A DNA stretch of 52,849 bases from a virus (Duplodnaviria > Caudoviricetes): the IMG/VR virus record IMGVR_UViG_3300025459_000009, positions 1 to 52,849 of that record. One strand, 5' to 3'. The notes beneath the pieces were generated by a model that was not told the origin of the DNA, made no database searches, and saw nothing but the letters and a program-made list of their open reading frames with translations. Below, piece after piece: positions 1-9,584 of this stretch; within the stretch, counting starts at the first letter, position 1, and the number at the start of each line of letters is the position of its first letter. Made by a program: the position numbers and the translations under genes.

Positions 1-743
1 CGGGCGATGTCGGCCATCAGGCCCACGCGCATGTAGAGAGCGTGATTAAGGCCATCCTGTCGAAGAACGAAGACAGACTGCTTGAACTGCTGGCAAAATT
101 CCCAGAAGACGAGCGGGCCGCGAACGGCTCTATCGCCGCGATACATTGGATGGTCGCGCATAGGGTTCGTTGGGTAAGCACTGAGCGCAAGGCTTATAGT
201 CGTGACCATCATTTTGCAGGAACGTGCGACGGTATCGCTTACGTCTGCTCGTGCGATGACCGAAGTTGCTGCCCTGTGCCGTGGGAAGGCGAGAGGCTTT
301 CACTCATTGACTGGAAGACTTCTAACGCGCTTCGCATCTCGTACCTTTGGCAATCTGCGGCGTATCAGCACTGCATCGAATCGGAAGACGAGATTGAGAT
401 TTTGGATAGGTGGGTGCTGCGGCTAGACAAAGAGACGGGCGAATTCGACCCGTGGTATCGCAGCGGGCGGGCCGCGTTCGAGGAAGACTTCGCGGGATTT
501 CTGAGCGCTCTGAATATGTACCGAGCGATGGGCAAGGCTGAAGATTGGGTAAGCGAAGTCAAGGCCGCGAAGACGGCCATGCGCCGGAAGATTGCTAAGG
601 AACTGAGAGACGCGGAGTACGCAATCAAGTGCCTCGAAGCGGAAGACTACAAGGGAAAGAGACGTAAGAAGGGCTGTAATGGCATGGACAAAATGTGTGA
701 ATTTTGCACAAAAACTTACCTTGACAACCACCCGGAAGTTTGA
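1..743 (+). CDS. PD-(D/E)XK (Cas4/RecB-like) exonuclease, probably 5' truncated by the window
   Basis: Motifs AGTCDG, LIDWKTS and WQSAAY; Cys clusters. Confidence 0.75.
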   Translation, partial: GDVGHQAHAHVESVIKAILSKNEDRLLELLAKFPEDERAANGSIAAIHWMVAHRVRWVSTERKAYSRDHHFAGTCDGIAYVCSCDDRSCCPVPWEGERLSLIDWKTSNALRISYLWQSAAYQHCIESEDEIEILDRWVLRLDKETGEFDPWYRSGRAAFEEDFAGFLSALNMYRAMGKAEDWVSEVKAAKTAMRRKIAKELRDAEYAIKCLEAEDYKGKRRKKGCNGMDKMCEFCTKTYLDNHPEV

Positions 744-749
744 TAGAGT
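721..749 (+). promoter_or_regulatory. sigma70-type promoter
   Basis: TTGACA-17 nt-TAGAGT, TG before -10, A-tract upstream. Confidence 0.6.
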
Positions 750-772
750 GTATATGTACAGAGGAGAGTGCT

Positions 773-1000
773 ATGGCGAAGACTGAGCAGACGAAGTGGG
801 TAAAGACGGAGGCAGCGGTCGAGCAGGTTGACACGGGCGACATTCTGAATCCGTTGCGACGTGTGCAGGCTCGATATCTGGAGCGTGCGGAGAAGCTATC
901 CGTTGCGGGCCACAAGGCGAACGCCGAGTATTACTATTCCGCTGCGTTGAATGTGGGCCGCTTGCTGGGCGATTCACTCGCACTGGAATTGAGGGGGTAA
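773..1000 (+). CDS. hypothetical protein
   Basis: ATG after GAGGAG; packed against next gene. Confidence 0.6.
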   Translation: MAKTEQTKWVKTEAAVEQVDTGDILNPLRRVQARYLERAEKLSVAGHKANAEYYYSAALNVGRLLGDSLALELRG

Positions 1001-1001
1001 C

Positions 1002-1547
1002 ATGGAACCAATTTTTCAACCATTTTCGAAGATTGCCCGGTACTCTCGTCTCTGTACGATTACAGAGAAGATTGACGGGACGAATGCGTCCATTTGGATT
1101 GACGACCTAGGCACAGAATTTAGAACTGCCAGCCGGACAAAGTGGATTACGCCGACTGACGACAATATGGGATTCTCCCGCTGGGCGCACGAACACAAAG
1201 AAGAATTGATGCAACTGGGGCCGGGGCACCATTTTGGTGAGTGGTGGGGTCAGGGCGTCCAAAGAAAATACGGCCAGACGCGGAAGCGTTTCTCGTTATT
1301 CAATACGTTCCTCTGGGGGCTAAATCGGCCCGCATGTTGTGACGTTGTCCCTGTCCTGTATGAAGGCATGTTCGAACAGGTGGCAATCGAAGCCGCTATC
1401 GAAACACTACGAGTCGAGGGCAGCAAAGCCGCACCGGGGTTCATGAATCCCGAGGGCGTCATCATCTACCATCAGGCAGCGAAGTTGTACCTCAAGAAGA
1501 CTCTCGTCGGTGACGAGAAGCCAAAAGGTTCCACGGAGGCGGCATGA
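1002..1547 (+). CDS. RNA ligase family (Rnl2-like nucleotidyltransferase domain)
   Basis: Motif I TEKIDGTN, FGEWWG, PEGVII, C-terminal KK. Confidence 0.8.
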   Translation: MEPIFQPFSKIARYSRLCTITEKIDGTNASIWIDDLGTEFRTASRTKWITPTDDNMGFSRWAHEHKEELMQLGPGHHFGEWWGQGVQRKYGQTRKRFSLFNTFLWGLNRPACCDVVPVLYEGMFEQVAIEAAIETLRVEGSKAAPGFMNPEGVIIYHQAAKLYLKKTLVGDEKPKGSTEAA

Positions 1548-1945
1548 CACCAGAATACAGAGCACGCAGGGAAGCCAAGCACGCAGCGGCATTCGCCAAC
1601 AGACAGGTAGAAGTCGCCGCTGGTATTTTTAACAACGCGACGGGCACGATTGACCTCACGCCGAGGATTCCGAAGTTGTCTTTCCTGCAAGGGAAGCAGT
1701 TTCGGCAGGGCAACGGCGGGCTTAAGAATCGGTCGGGCTATAGCCTTGAACACGCGCAAGCGAATAGGGACAACCTCAACCCGTATAAGGGTAATGACGG
1801 CAAATGGTATTTTATGGACGACGATGGAACGCCCAATGAGCGAGCATTTGTAACCCGCGACCAAGCGGCCATTGCACTAGAAGATTATCGGGCGTGGTTA
1901 GTCTCATCGAAAGAAGTTACTGCAGAACCGATGCTGAATTTATAG
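1544..1945 (+). CDS. hypothetical protein
   Basis: ATGA overlap, GGAGG RBS. Confidence 0.6.
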   Translation: MTPEYRARREAKHAAAFANRQVEVAAGIFNNATGTIDLTPRIPKLSFLQGKQFRQGNGGLKNRSGYSLEHAQANRDNLNPYKGNDGKWYFMDDDGTPNERAFVTRDQAAIALEDYRAWLVSSKEVTAEPMLNL

Positions 1946-1954
1946 AAAGGGAAC

Positions 1955-2701
1955 ATGGAAATATACGACATGCACCAGTCATTCGAGCAGCCGATGGTTG
2001 CTCCAATTGTGGGCGAAGCGATAGCGGGCGAAGCCGCTCAGACTCTCAAACAAGTGAAGCAGTTGGTCAAGAACATTTCAGTCAACACATTTGATTTAGC
2101 AGAAGCACTTTACAAGGTGAAGAAGAACAAGTTTTACCAGCCGAAGTACGATACTTTCGCAGAATATGCGAATAGCCTTGATATCAAACTCAGTAAACTC
2201 TACTATCTTACCAAGATGGTGGAAGTTCTTGAGCAATGCGGAATCGATCGATCTATATATGAACAAGTAGGGTTGTCCAAACTTCGCATCATCACGCGAG
2301 TGAAGGTAGTTGACGAAGGCAAAGACACTCTGTTCGAGGGTGTGCCGACGAAGTTGCTGGTAAAAGACCTAGTCGAGAACGCGAACAAGTGGGAGCCTGA
2401 AGCACTGGAATTGCGAGTCAAAGAGATTCAAGGTCTGGTAGGCGACAATGCTAGTGCGGGCTGGGTAAATTTCCCCGTGACGTACGCCCAGAGGGCCGCT
2501 TGGGAGAAAGCCGTGGCTCTAGCTCAATTAGGGATAGGGTCGGTTGGCAAAGACGAGAACACAGGTCAATACAAGGATGCTTCAGTAGGTTCTTGCGCCG
2601 AAGTAATCGCCGTTAGCTATATACTCGATCCTAACAACGTCAGTGAAGAAACGGAGCCAGATGGGGAAGTTGAACAAGTACCAGTTGTCTCGGAGATGTG
2701 A
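1955..2701 (+). CDS. hypothetical helical phage protein
   Basis: 248 aa ORF with RBS; YDTFAEY segment. Confidence 0.6.
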   Translation: MEIYDMHQSFEQPMVAPIVGEAIAGEAAQTLKQVKQLVKNISVNTFDLAEALYKVKKNKFYQPKYDTFAEYANSLDIKLSKLYYLTKMVEVLEQCGIDRSIYEQVGLSKLRIITRVKVVDEGKDTLFEGVPTKLLVKDLVENANKWEPEALELRVKEIQGLVGDNASAGWVNFPVTYAQRAAWEKAVALAQLGIGSVGKDENTGQYKDASVGSCAEVIAVSYILDPNNVSEETEPDGEVEQVPVVSEM

Positions 2702-3137
2702 CTGTCATCCCGAAAGAGAGCATGTAGCTAAAGGGATGTGTGGGCCGTGTTACTATCGTCAACATCGTCAAAAGACTAATAACGCGCAGCATATCAAATG
2801 GAGGTTAGAGCATCTTGACCAACTCAAAGGATATATACGTGAGTACGCTTACGGAATATCTCCCCAAAGATTCGCAGAGATGCTAAAATCCCAACGGGGT
2901 AAATGTGCAGTGTGTGACGAAATTTTAATCCTTGAGACTACCGCAGGAAAGGGAAGATCAAAAACCGTACATATCGACCACGATCATACTTGCTGTTCGG
3001 AGAGAATTAGTTGCGGGAAATGTGTTCGTGGGTTGTTATGTGGTGATTGCAACCGAGGTCTAGGCTCTTTTCATGACGACCCGATTGTTCTGTTGAAGGC
3101 TATTGAGTATTTGCTCAAAATCTCGTTTCAAGAATAG
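2661..3137 (+). CDS. Endonuclease VII-like homing endonuclease
   Basis: YGIS..QRGKCAVC..HIDHDH..VRGLLCGDCNRGLG. Confidence 0.85.
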   Translation: MGKLNKYQLSRRCDCHPEREHVAKGMCGPCYYRQHRQKTNNAQHIKWRLEHLDQLKGYIREYAYGISPQRFAEMLKSQRGKCAVCDEILILETTAGKGRSKTVHIDHDHTCCSERISCGKCVRGLLCGDCNRGLGSFHDDPIVLLKAIEYLLKISFQE

Positions 3138-4202
3138 GTGTATATGCGGACAATCAACACGGGACTGCGCGGCGACCAAGTGCGGTTGCTACTTCGTAAG
3201 TTCGAACACCTGATTGTGGGGCAAAATGAGGCTATTGACAAAATTACGAACCTTCTCGAACGCTTTTTGGGCGGCATGTCTGACAACCAGCGGCCCATCG
3301 GGTCTGCCTTGTTTCTTGGGCCTACCGGGGTGGGCAAAACTGCTGTAGTCGAAGCCATGTGCGAAGGCTTGTATGGCGACCGCAACCACATGATTAAGAT
3401 TGACTGCGCGGAATTTCAATTCGGGCACGAGATTGCGAAACTCATTGGCTCGCCGCCGGGATATCTGGGCCACAAAGAGACGCCCGCCCGACTCAAGCAA
3501 GAGACGGTCACAAAACTTTACACGGAAGACGTTCCCTTCGGCGTCATCCTGTTCGACGAGATTGAGAAGGCTTCGGATGAAGTCTGGCAGTTGCTGCTGG
3601 GTGTGCTCGACCGTGGGAATCTCACTTTGGGCGATAACAGCAAGACCGACTTTACGAAGTGCATAATCATCATGACCAGCAACTGCGGGGCGCGGGAGAT
3701 TATGGAGGGTACGGTCGGCTTCAATCGACCGAACGTAGAAGATGTATCGCAGGACGAGATTTCAGATAGTTCGATGTCCGCTGCAAGAGCCAAGTTCACG
3801 CCTGAGTTCCTGAACCGGCTGGACGAGGTCTGCGTCTTCAACACGCTAGACCGTGCATCCATCGAAAAGATTATGCACATGGAGGCGTACAAGTGCAAGG
3901 CGAAGCTGATGGTCAAGGGCGGCGTGAAACTGGAAATCTCGCCTGCGGCTTTCAATGAATTGCTTGACAGGGGATTTGACAAGAAGTACAACGCCAGAGG
4001 GATTCGCAGAACGCTCGAAAAAGAAATCATGACGCCGCTTGCCCGAGCAATCAGTTCGTTCGAAGTAGCATGGGGCGACTTTCTAGTCATGGACTATCGT
4101 GACGCGAAATTCAGCTTCTACTCTATGAAGCAGAAGGTAGGCACGGATGGCGTTCTCCGCGACAACGCGCAAAGCAATTTACCAGCGGAAAGGGAATTGT
4201 GA
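3138..4202 (+). CDS. Single-domain ClpA/B-family AAA+ ATPase (NBD2-like)
   Basis: VGQNEA, FLGPTGVGKT, KLIGSPPGYLG, LFDEIEKA, IIMTSN, PEFLNRLD, NARGIRR. Confidence 0.9.
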   Translation: MYMRTINTGLRGDQVRLLLRKFEHLIVGQNEAIDKITNLLERFLGGMSDNQRPIGSALFLGPTGVGKTAVVEAMCEGLYGDRNHMIKIDCAEFQFGHEIAKLIGSPPGYLGHKETPARLKQETVTKLYTEDVPFGVILFDEIEKASDEVWQLLLGVLDRGNLTLGDNSKTDFTKCIIIMTSNCGAREIMEGTVGFNRPNVEDVSQDEISDSSMSAARAKFTPEFLNRLDEVCVFNTLDRASIEKIMHMEAYKCKAKLMVKGGVKLEISPAAFNELLDRGFDKKYNARGIRRTLEKEIMTPLARAISSFEVAWGDFLVMDYRDAKFSFYSMKQKVGTDGVLRDNAQSNLPAEREL

Positions 4203-4963
4203 GTGCAAAAAGAGTTAATCTGCTAGGACAACGTTTTGGAAAACTCACAGTAATCGCAGAATCTCCTTCTCACATATTGGGAACTCATTGGCGATGGGTT
4301 TGTAAATGTGATTGTGGAAACATCAAGGAAGTTTCGTCCGGAGGCTTACGTCAGGGTCAGACTCGAAGCTGTGGATGCCTACTAGGTTCCCCAAAAAGGC
4401 CCTACGAATGGTTATATAATAGATTGACAAAATCCGCAAAAGCACAGGGTCACGAAATAACTCTTACCTATGAGGAGTTTTTAGTCTTTGTAGAAGTGAA
4501 AATGTGCCACTATTGCGAGGCCCCCATAGAGTGGTTGATGTTTTCCTCTTCTGGCGGGGCATGCCATGGTACGTCAAAATACAATCTTGACCGCATGGAT
4601 AATACCCGAGGGTATACCAAAGATAACATAGTTGTTTGCTGTGCCCGCTGCAATTGGGGTAAAGCCGACAAATTTTCTTACGAGGAGTGGTTGCAAATCG
4701 GACAGTTTATACGAGTCCTGCAATCTCCCAAGTCATACGCCGAGACAAAACGGATGATGTATGAGCGAGATGGTTGGAGATGCCGGTGTTGCAACAATAG
4801 TCGTTCGTTAACCCCCCATCATATCAAACATCGTAGCCAAGGGGGAAAAGATACCTTGTATAACTTGATATGTTTATGTGTAGCATGTCACTCAGCATAC
4901 CACGAAGGGAAATTATTTATTGAACAAATCGCGGGCAAAGTAATATTCAAGGAGAGGATATAA
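4199..4963 (+). CDS. Homing-endonuclease-like protein fused to a second HNH domain
   Basis: GQRFGKLTV..CKCDCG..SCGC; LDRMDNTRGY..CCARCN; then RDGWRCRCC..HHIKHRSQGG..NLICLCVACH. Confidence 0.8.
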   Translation: MSAKRVNLLGQRFGKLTVIAESPSHILGTHWRWVCKCDCGNIKEVSSGGLRQGQTRSCGCLLGSPKRPYEWLYNRLTKSAKAQGHEITLTYEEFLVFVEVKMCHYCEAPIEWLMFSSSGGACHGTSKYNLDRMDNTRGYTKDNIVVCCARCNWGKADKFSYEEWLQIGQFIRVLQSPKSYAETKRMMYERDGWRCRCCNNSRSLTPHHIKHRSQGGKDTLYNLICLCVACHSAYHEGKLFIEQIAGKVIFKERI

Positions 4964-5128
4964 ATGGCAGAGCGTAGAGGAAAGAAAACGAATCACAACA
5001 AGAATTTCGTCGCGGCGAAAGACTTCGCGGCGGGCAAGAAAGTTGGCAGGCCCAAGCAACGCTGGGTGCCTGCGCGTTTCGTGGAGCAAACTGGGGAGCC
5101 CGTTGGGGGCTACTGGGAGAAGATATGA
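4964..5128 (+). CDS. small basic hypothetical protein (54 aa, MAERRGKK...)
   Basis: Manual translation; GGAGAGG RBS; fills the gap with an ATGA overlap. Confidence 0.6.
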   Translation: MAERRGKKTNHNKNFVAAKDFAAGKKVGRPKQRWVPARFVEQTGEPVGGYWEKI

Positions 5129-5367
5129 GCGAGATTGACATCACCACGCAAGTGACCGAGAATGTAGTCGTCGCAGCGAAAGGCGGCGCGCACCCAGATT
5201 CCTATTCGCCGCGAGTCTTCGTGTACGTAAAGACCACGGACATCCACTACGAAATTCTGCGGACGGGCGAAGCCGTGCCATGGGTGACGAAGAAGCCCGA
5301 GGGATTTGAGTTCTGGATTTTTGACTGCCAGAATCTGAGTGACATCGGAGTGCATCGTGCAACTTAG
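5125..5367 (+). CDS. hypothetical protein
   Basis: ORF coupled to its neighbours. Confidence 0.55.
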   Translation: MSEIDITTQVTENVVVAAKGGAHPDSYSPRVFVYVKTTDIHYEILRTGEAVPWVTKKPEGFEFWIFDCQNLSDIGVHRAT

Positions 5368-7027
5368 ACCGTATCAGGAATCAGCCATCGACGCAGTATG
5401 CACCGCATATGATCAGAACTGGCGACAACAAATTCTGAGTATATGTACCGGTGCTGGGAAAACGGTCGTGTTTTCGTCTTTATATGAAAGATTGAAATCC
5501 CGATTGAATGGCAAAATGTTGGTCCTAGCTCATACAGAAGAGCTTATCGACCAGTCCATTGCCACGATGCGGGCTGTCAATCCAACGCTTCGCATTGACA
5601 AAGAGATGGCCGAATGCAAAGCAGATACGACTGCGGCGGATATAGTAGTCGCCAGCGTCGCAAGTTTGGGCCGAAAGAATACTCCCCGGCTTGACCGATT
5701 CAAGCGGGAAGATTTCAGTACGATTATCGTGGACGAGGCTCACCACACCCTCGCAGATTCTTATCGAAATATCCTGACGCATTTTGGCGTGCTGGAAGAT
5801 GGAACTGACAAATTGCTGTTGGGATTTACTGCTACCCCTTTTCGATCCGATGGCCGTGCCCTAGGAGAGGTTTACAAGAAAATCGTATACACGTACAGCC
5901 TGCGGCAAGCGATCACGGCGGGTTGGCTGGTCAAGGTCCGGGGGTATCTAATCTCTACCCAGACAGACATCTCTCAAGTCGGGATCACGGCGGGTGATCT
6001 AAACGCTGTGGAATTGGCCGAGGCCATTGACAATCCCGACCGCAACAAGCGGGTGATCGAGGCTTGGACGAAATGGGGTGAGGGCCGTCAAACCGTCGTA
6101 TACGCAGCTAACATAGAGCATGCCCAGCATCTAGCTACGGAGTTTACTGGGGCCGGGGTATCAACGGCGGCTATCTGGGGTAGTGATCCTGAAAGAGAGA
6201 AAAAATTACACAGTCATGCTGCGGGCGATCTGAGGGTGCTGGTGAACTGTTCCCTGCTGAATGAGGGTTGGGACAGCCCCAGCGTGTCCTGCATCGTCCA
6301 CGCCGCTCCTACGGCCTCCAGCGTTCGTTTTACGCAACGTTGCGGGCGTGGAACGAGGCTTTACCCCGGCAAGACGGACTGCTTAATCCTAGATATGGTT
6401 GATATGTCTGGAAAGCATAGCCTGTGTACCCTCCCGACGCTGATGGGGATGCCCGCAAATCTGGATTTACAGGGTTACAGATTGGTTGAAGCGGTAGAAT
6501 CAATCGAAGCGGCCCAAGAAGAAAACCCCAGCATTGACTTTGGGAAGCTAAAAAACATTGACAAGTTACAGCAGTTCATCGCAGAGGTCAATCTGTTCGA
6601 GATTCGATTCCCAGCAGAGGTCGAAGCCAACTCGGACTTCATTTGGTCGAAGGCGATTGACGGCGGCTATGTCATGCGCGTGCCTTTGCAGAAGAACGAC
6701 AGCACTGGCAACAAGCCCGGACTTGTACGGATACACCAGAATCTGCTTGACAAATGGGACATAGACGGTTATATTAACTGTAGGGCATTCCACGGTGAGC
6801 GCGGCAGCGTCGAAGAAGCCTTCGCATGTGCCGACCAGCAAATCAGAGAACGTGCGCCCGCGTCGGTATCATTAGTCAATCGCAAAGCGAGTTGGATGAC
6901 CAAGCCCGCGACGAAGGGCCAGATGACTCTACTCTCGCGCCTGTACGGAAAAGCACGAGCGTGGCCCGAACTAACGCAGGGTCAAGCGAGTCACTGGATT
7001 AACAAACGAATCGGAGGGAAGAAATAA
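5339..7027 (+). CDS. SF2 DEAH helicase (UvsW/Irc3-like); start probably GTG ~5357
   Basis: LRPYQ, TGAGKT, DEAHH, TATP, QRCGRGTR. Confidence 0.9.
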   Translation: MTSECIVQLRPYQESAIDAVCTAYDQNWRQQILSICTGAGKTVVFSSLYERLKSRLNGKMLVLAHTEELIDQSIATMRAVNPTLRIDKEMAECKADTTAADIVVASVASLGRKNTPRLDRFKREDFSTIIVDEAHHTLADSYRNILTHFGVLEDGTDKLLLGFTATPFRSDGRALGEVYKKIVYTYSLRQAITAGWLVKVRGYLISTQTDISQVGITAGDLNAVELAEAIDNPDRNKRVIEAWTKWGEGRQTVVYAANIEHAQHLATEFTGAGVSTAAIWGSDPEREKKLHSHAAGDLRVLVNCSLLNEGWDSPSVSCIVHAAPTASSVRFTQRCGRGTRLYPGKTDCLILDMVDMSGKHSLCTLPTLMGMPANLDLQGYRLVEAVESIEAAQEENPSIDFGKLKNIDKLQQFIAEVNLFEIRFPAEVEANSDFIWSKAIDGGYVMRVPLQKNDSTGNKPGLVRIHQNLLDKWDIDGYINCRAFHGERGSVEEAFACADQQIRERAPASVSLVNRKASWMTKPATKGQMTLLSRLYGKARAWPELTQGQASHWINKRIGGKK

Positions 7028-7491
7028 TGGGGGCTGAATATATAGCGGGTCTCAAAAAATTACTGATTTTATCGGAGCCAGCCATTTGTACACGTACGCA
7101 TAAGTGCGTGATAGACAATGAACCCTGCAATGGATACCCACGAGTCTGGACAGACGCGAATGCTTTCGGGGAATGGGCCGCGAGTATGTGGTTTAGCAAA
7201 GACCCCGAAGACAAAGAGATGGGTGAGCGAGACCTCGCCATCATGGGTCTGGGCATTGCGGGCGAAGCGGGCGAAGTCGTCGAGAAGATTAAGAAAGACA
7301 TTCGAGACGGCAAGCACATTCCCGTTGACCGCCAAGCGATTCTGAAAGAGTTGGGCGATGTCGTATTCTATGCGGTCACAATTGCTCGATACTACGGATT
7401 CACGTTCAGCGATATCCTGCGAGCGAACTACGAGAAACTGATGAGCCGCAGGGAACGTGGCACTGAAAGAGGAAGCGGAGATGAGCGGTAA
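7027..7491 (+). CDS. MazG-like NTP pyrophosphohydrolase
   Basis: GIAGEAGEVVEKIKK..KELGDVVFY..NYEKLMSR..GSGDER. Confidence 0.85.
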   Translation: MGAEYIAGLKKLLILSEPAICTRTHKCVIDNEPCNGYPRVWTDANAFGEWAASMWFSKDPEDKEMGERDLAIMGLGIAGEAGEVVEKIKKDIRDGKHIPVDRQAILKELGDVVFYAVTIARYYGFTFSDILRANYEKLMSRRERGTERGSGDER

Positions 7492-7963
7492 ATTCAATCG
7501 ACTCACACCTATTTGGCCCGTAGGCAAAGATAAGTGGAATAAGGCCATTTGGTTATGCGCCTGTGATTGTGGTAATTTGACTTTTGTCGCTTTGACGGAC
7601 GTAACTCGCAAAACCAAAGCGACCAAGAGTTGTGGATGTTTGAATAAAGAACTGGTCACTGCTAGAAGCTATAAACACGGGCACGCTCGTCGGGGACTTA
7701 AACCCGCCGAATATGATGCCTTCGTAATGATGAAACAACGCTGCACGAATCCTGCCGTGGATGGTTTCAAATACTATGGTGGGAGGGGGATTAAATTCAA
7801 GTTTACAAGTTTCAAGCAGTTCTATGATGAAGTGGGCGATAAGCCGTCGGCAAACCACTCCATCGACCGCATTAAGAACGACGGTCATTACGAAGTCGGA
7901 AACGTAAAGTGGTCAACTGCAAGTGAGCAAGCATACAACCGACGACCGAAAGGTTCCATATGA
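7481..7963 (+). CDS. homing-endonuclease-like HNH protein
   Basis: CACDCGN, SCGC, YGGRGI, SIDRIKNDGHYEVGNVKW. Confidence 0.8.
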   Translation: MSGKFNRLTPIWPVGKDKWNKAIWLCACDCGNLTFVALTDVTRKTKATKSCGCLNKELVTARSYKHGHARRGLKPAEYDAFVMMKQRCTNPAVDGFKYYGGRGIKFKFTSFKQFYDEVGDKPSANHSIDRIKNDGHYEVGNVKWSTASEQAYNRRPKGSI

Positions 7964-8145
7964 GACCGGACAACTGGTTCGAAGAAACGACTGCCGAAGT
8001 CATCGCGGGCTTCATATGGCGGGCGATGAAATACATTATCGAACGCCGCCCGCACGAGTTGGTGACCATCGCCATTCTCAACGAGAAGGCGTACGACGTG
8101 ATTGACGCAGAGAACGGGGCACTGAGGGCAAAGAGCATCAATTGA
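7960..8145 (+). CDS. hypothetical protein
   Basis: Overlap-coupled small ORF. Confidence 0.5.
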   Translation: MRPDNWFEETTAEVIAGFIWRAMKYIIERRPHELVTIAILNEKAYDVIDAENGALRAKSIN

Positions 8146-8522
8146 CATCCGCCGAGAAAGCAAAAGACAGACGCCTGCAACAGATTTATAAGAGATCATT
8201 AGCAGAATTCGAAGCCGCGAAAGCCGCGCAGGGAAATAAATGCGCTATCTGTGGTCGAGACTTTGATAAATTCATGGCACACCAAGATCATGACCATGCA
8301 TGTTGTCCGCCCGGTCGAAAGAAGCAACGGGAATACTGTGGCAAATGCAATCGTGACATCTTGTGCTATCTGTGTAATCGCTGGGCTGTAGGAGGGCTGG
8401 AGTATTGTCGTAAAGTGGGAATTGAGCCTGCCAGAGTTCTAGAATATGTGATTAAGTGGAACATGAATTCAGTGAAAGGTCATGATGAAAAGCCGAAAGT
8501 TAAAAACCGAAAAACCCTGTGA
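8142..8522 (+). CDS. Endonuclease VII-like nuclease (possible resolvase)
   Basis: QGNKCAIC..QDHDH..RDILCYLCN. Confidence 0.75.
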   Translation: MTSAEKAKDRRLQQIYKRSLAEFEAAKAAQGNKCAICGRDFDKFMAHQDHDHACCPPGRKKQREYCGKCNRDILCYLCNRWAVGGLEYCRKVGIEPARVLEYVIKWNMNSVKGHDEKPKVKNRKTL

Positions 8523-9165
8523 AAATTGTGGTGATTCTTTTTTGATAAAAAGCACCAACCAACGATATTGTTATAAAGATGAATGTCGTTTACGCGCACT
8601 GGCAGGCCAAAAGGGAAAATCAGGTCAAGCAAAGGCTTGCGCGAAATTAGGGTTGTGTAGAGAATGTGGATGTTCGCTGGACGAAAATGAAACCCACTTA
8701 TGTGGAGGATGTAGGGTTAAATTAGTCGAATATCACCGCCATCGCAGAGAATGGGCTAAGAAAAACGGAATATGTATGCTTTGTTTCGTAGACCCGGCGA
8801 CTACTGGGATTGCGTGTGGATACTGTTACGGCGAGGTTTTCAAACGAAAGTATGGCATAACCTTGGAAGATTTCAAAGAACTCATCTCTCATCAAGGCGG
8901 CGAATGTGCTTTAAAAGGATTCGGGCCGTGCGTATTTGATAAACGAAATAAAGGATTTCCCCTTGTTCCAGACCATGATCATACCAGCAATAAGATACGA
9001 ATGGCCCTATGTTCGGGGCACAACCATACCGTTGGAAAATTAGGAGATAGCATAGCGGGAGCACAGAGGTTACTAGAATTGTTGGTTAACCCTCCGGCAG
9101 AATTTATCTATCTTCGTGGTTGTGATAAAGTAAGGACAACCAGAAAATCAAAGGCCAAAATATGA
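8482..9165 (+). CDS. Endonuclease VII-like homing endonuclease with N-terminal Zn fingers
   Basis: Several CxxC; KYGITLEDF..PDHDH..IRMALCSGHN. Confidence 0.75.
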   Translation: MMKSRKLKTEKPCENCGDSFLIKSTNQRYCYKDECRLRALAGQKGKSGQAKACAKLGLCRECGCSLDENETHLCGGCRVKLVEYHRHRREWAKKNGICMLCFVDPATTGIACGYCYGEVFKRKYGITLEDFKELISHQGGECALKGFGPCVFDKRNKGFPLVPDHDHTSNKIRMALCSGHNHTVGKLGDSIAGAQRLLELLVNPPAEFIYLRGCDKVRTTRKSKAKI

Positions 9166-9584
9166 AGAAAAAACAAAGGCCTCAATTCGCGGCACGGAAG
9201 GCTGCTTTCGACGCTGTTTTAGAATCTTACCGTCAAGCACAAGATATGACTGGCGGCATAGGTGCGATAGTCATCGGAGATGGCGGCAAGGGTGTATCCA
9301 ACCCCGTGCGACCTTCACTGACTGACTTCCGCTGTGATGTCGAACGCGTATTTGGAAAGTGTCTCAAGGGGTCGCTCGCATGGAAGAATTTCTTTCTCGC
9401 GTACGTTCTCTATGACAGTGACGATGCGATTGACATGGGGATGCACGCCCAGAAGATTTTGGGCGACGGCATGCACGGACTCGAACAAGGAATGGGCGCA
9501 CTGTTCATCAAGCATGGCATTTACCCTCTCCATGGTGGCGGGGGTTATTTTCACTGCATTCGACAGCCGAGGGGGAGCGTATGA
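9162..9584 (+). CDS. hypothetical protein
   Basis: ORF coupled to its neighbours. Confidence 0.6.
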   Translation: MKKKQRPQFAARKAAFDAVLESYRQAQDMTGGIGAIVIGDGGKGVSNPVRPSLTDFRCDVERVFGKCLKGSLAWKNFFLAYVLYDSDDAIDMGMHAQKILGDGMHGLEQGMGALFIKHGIYPLHGGGGYFHCIRQPRGSV

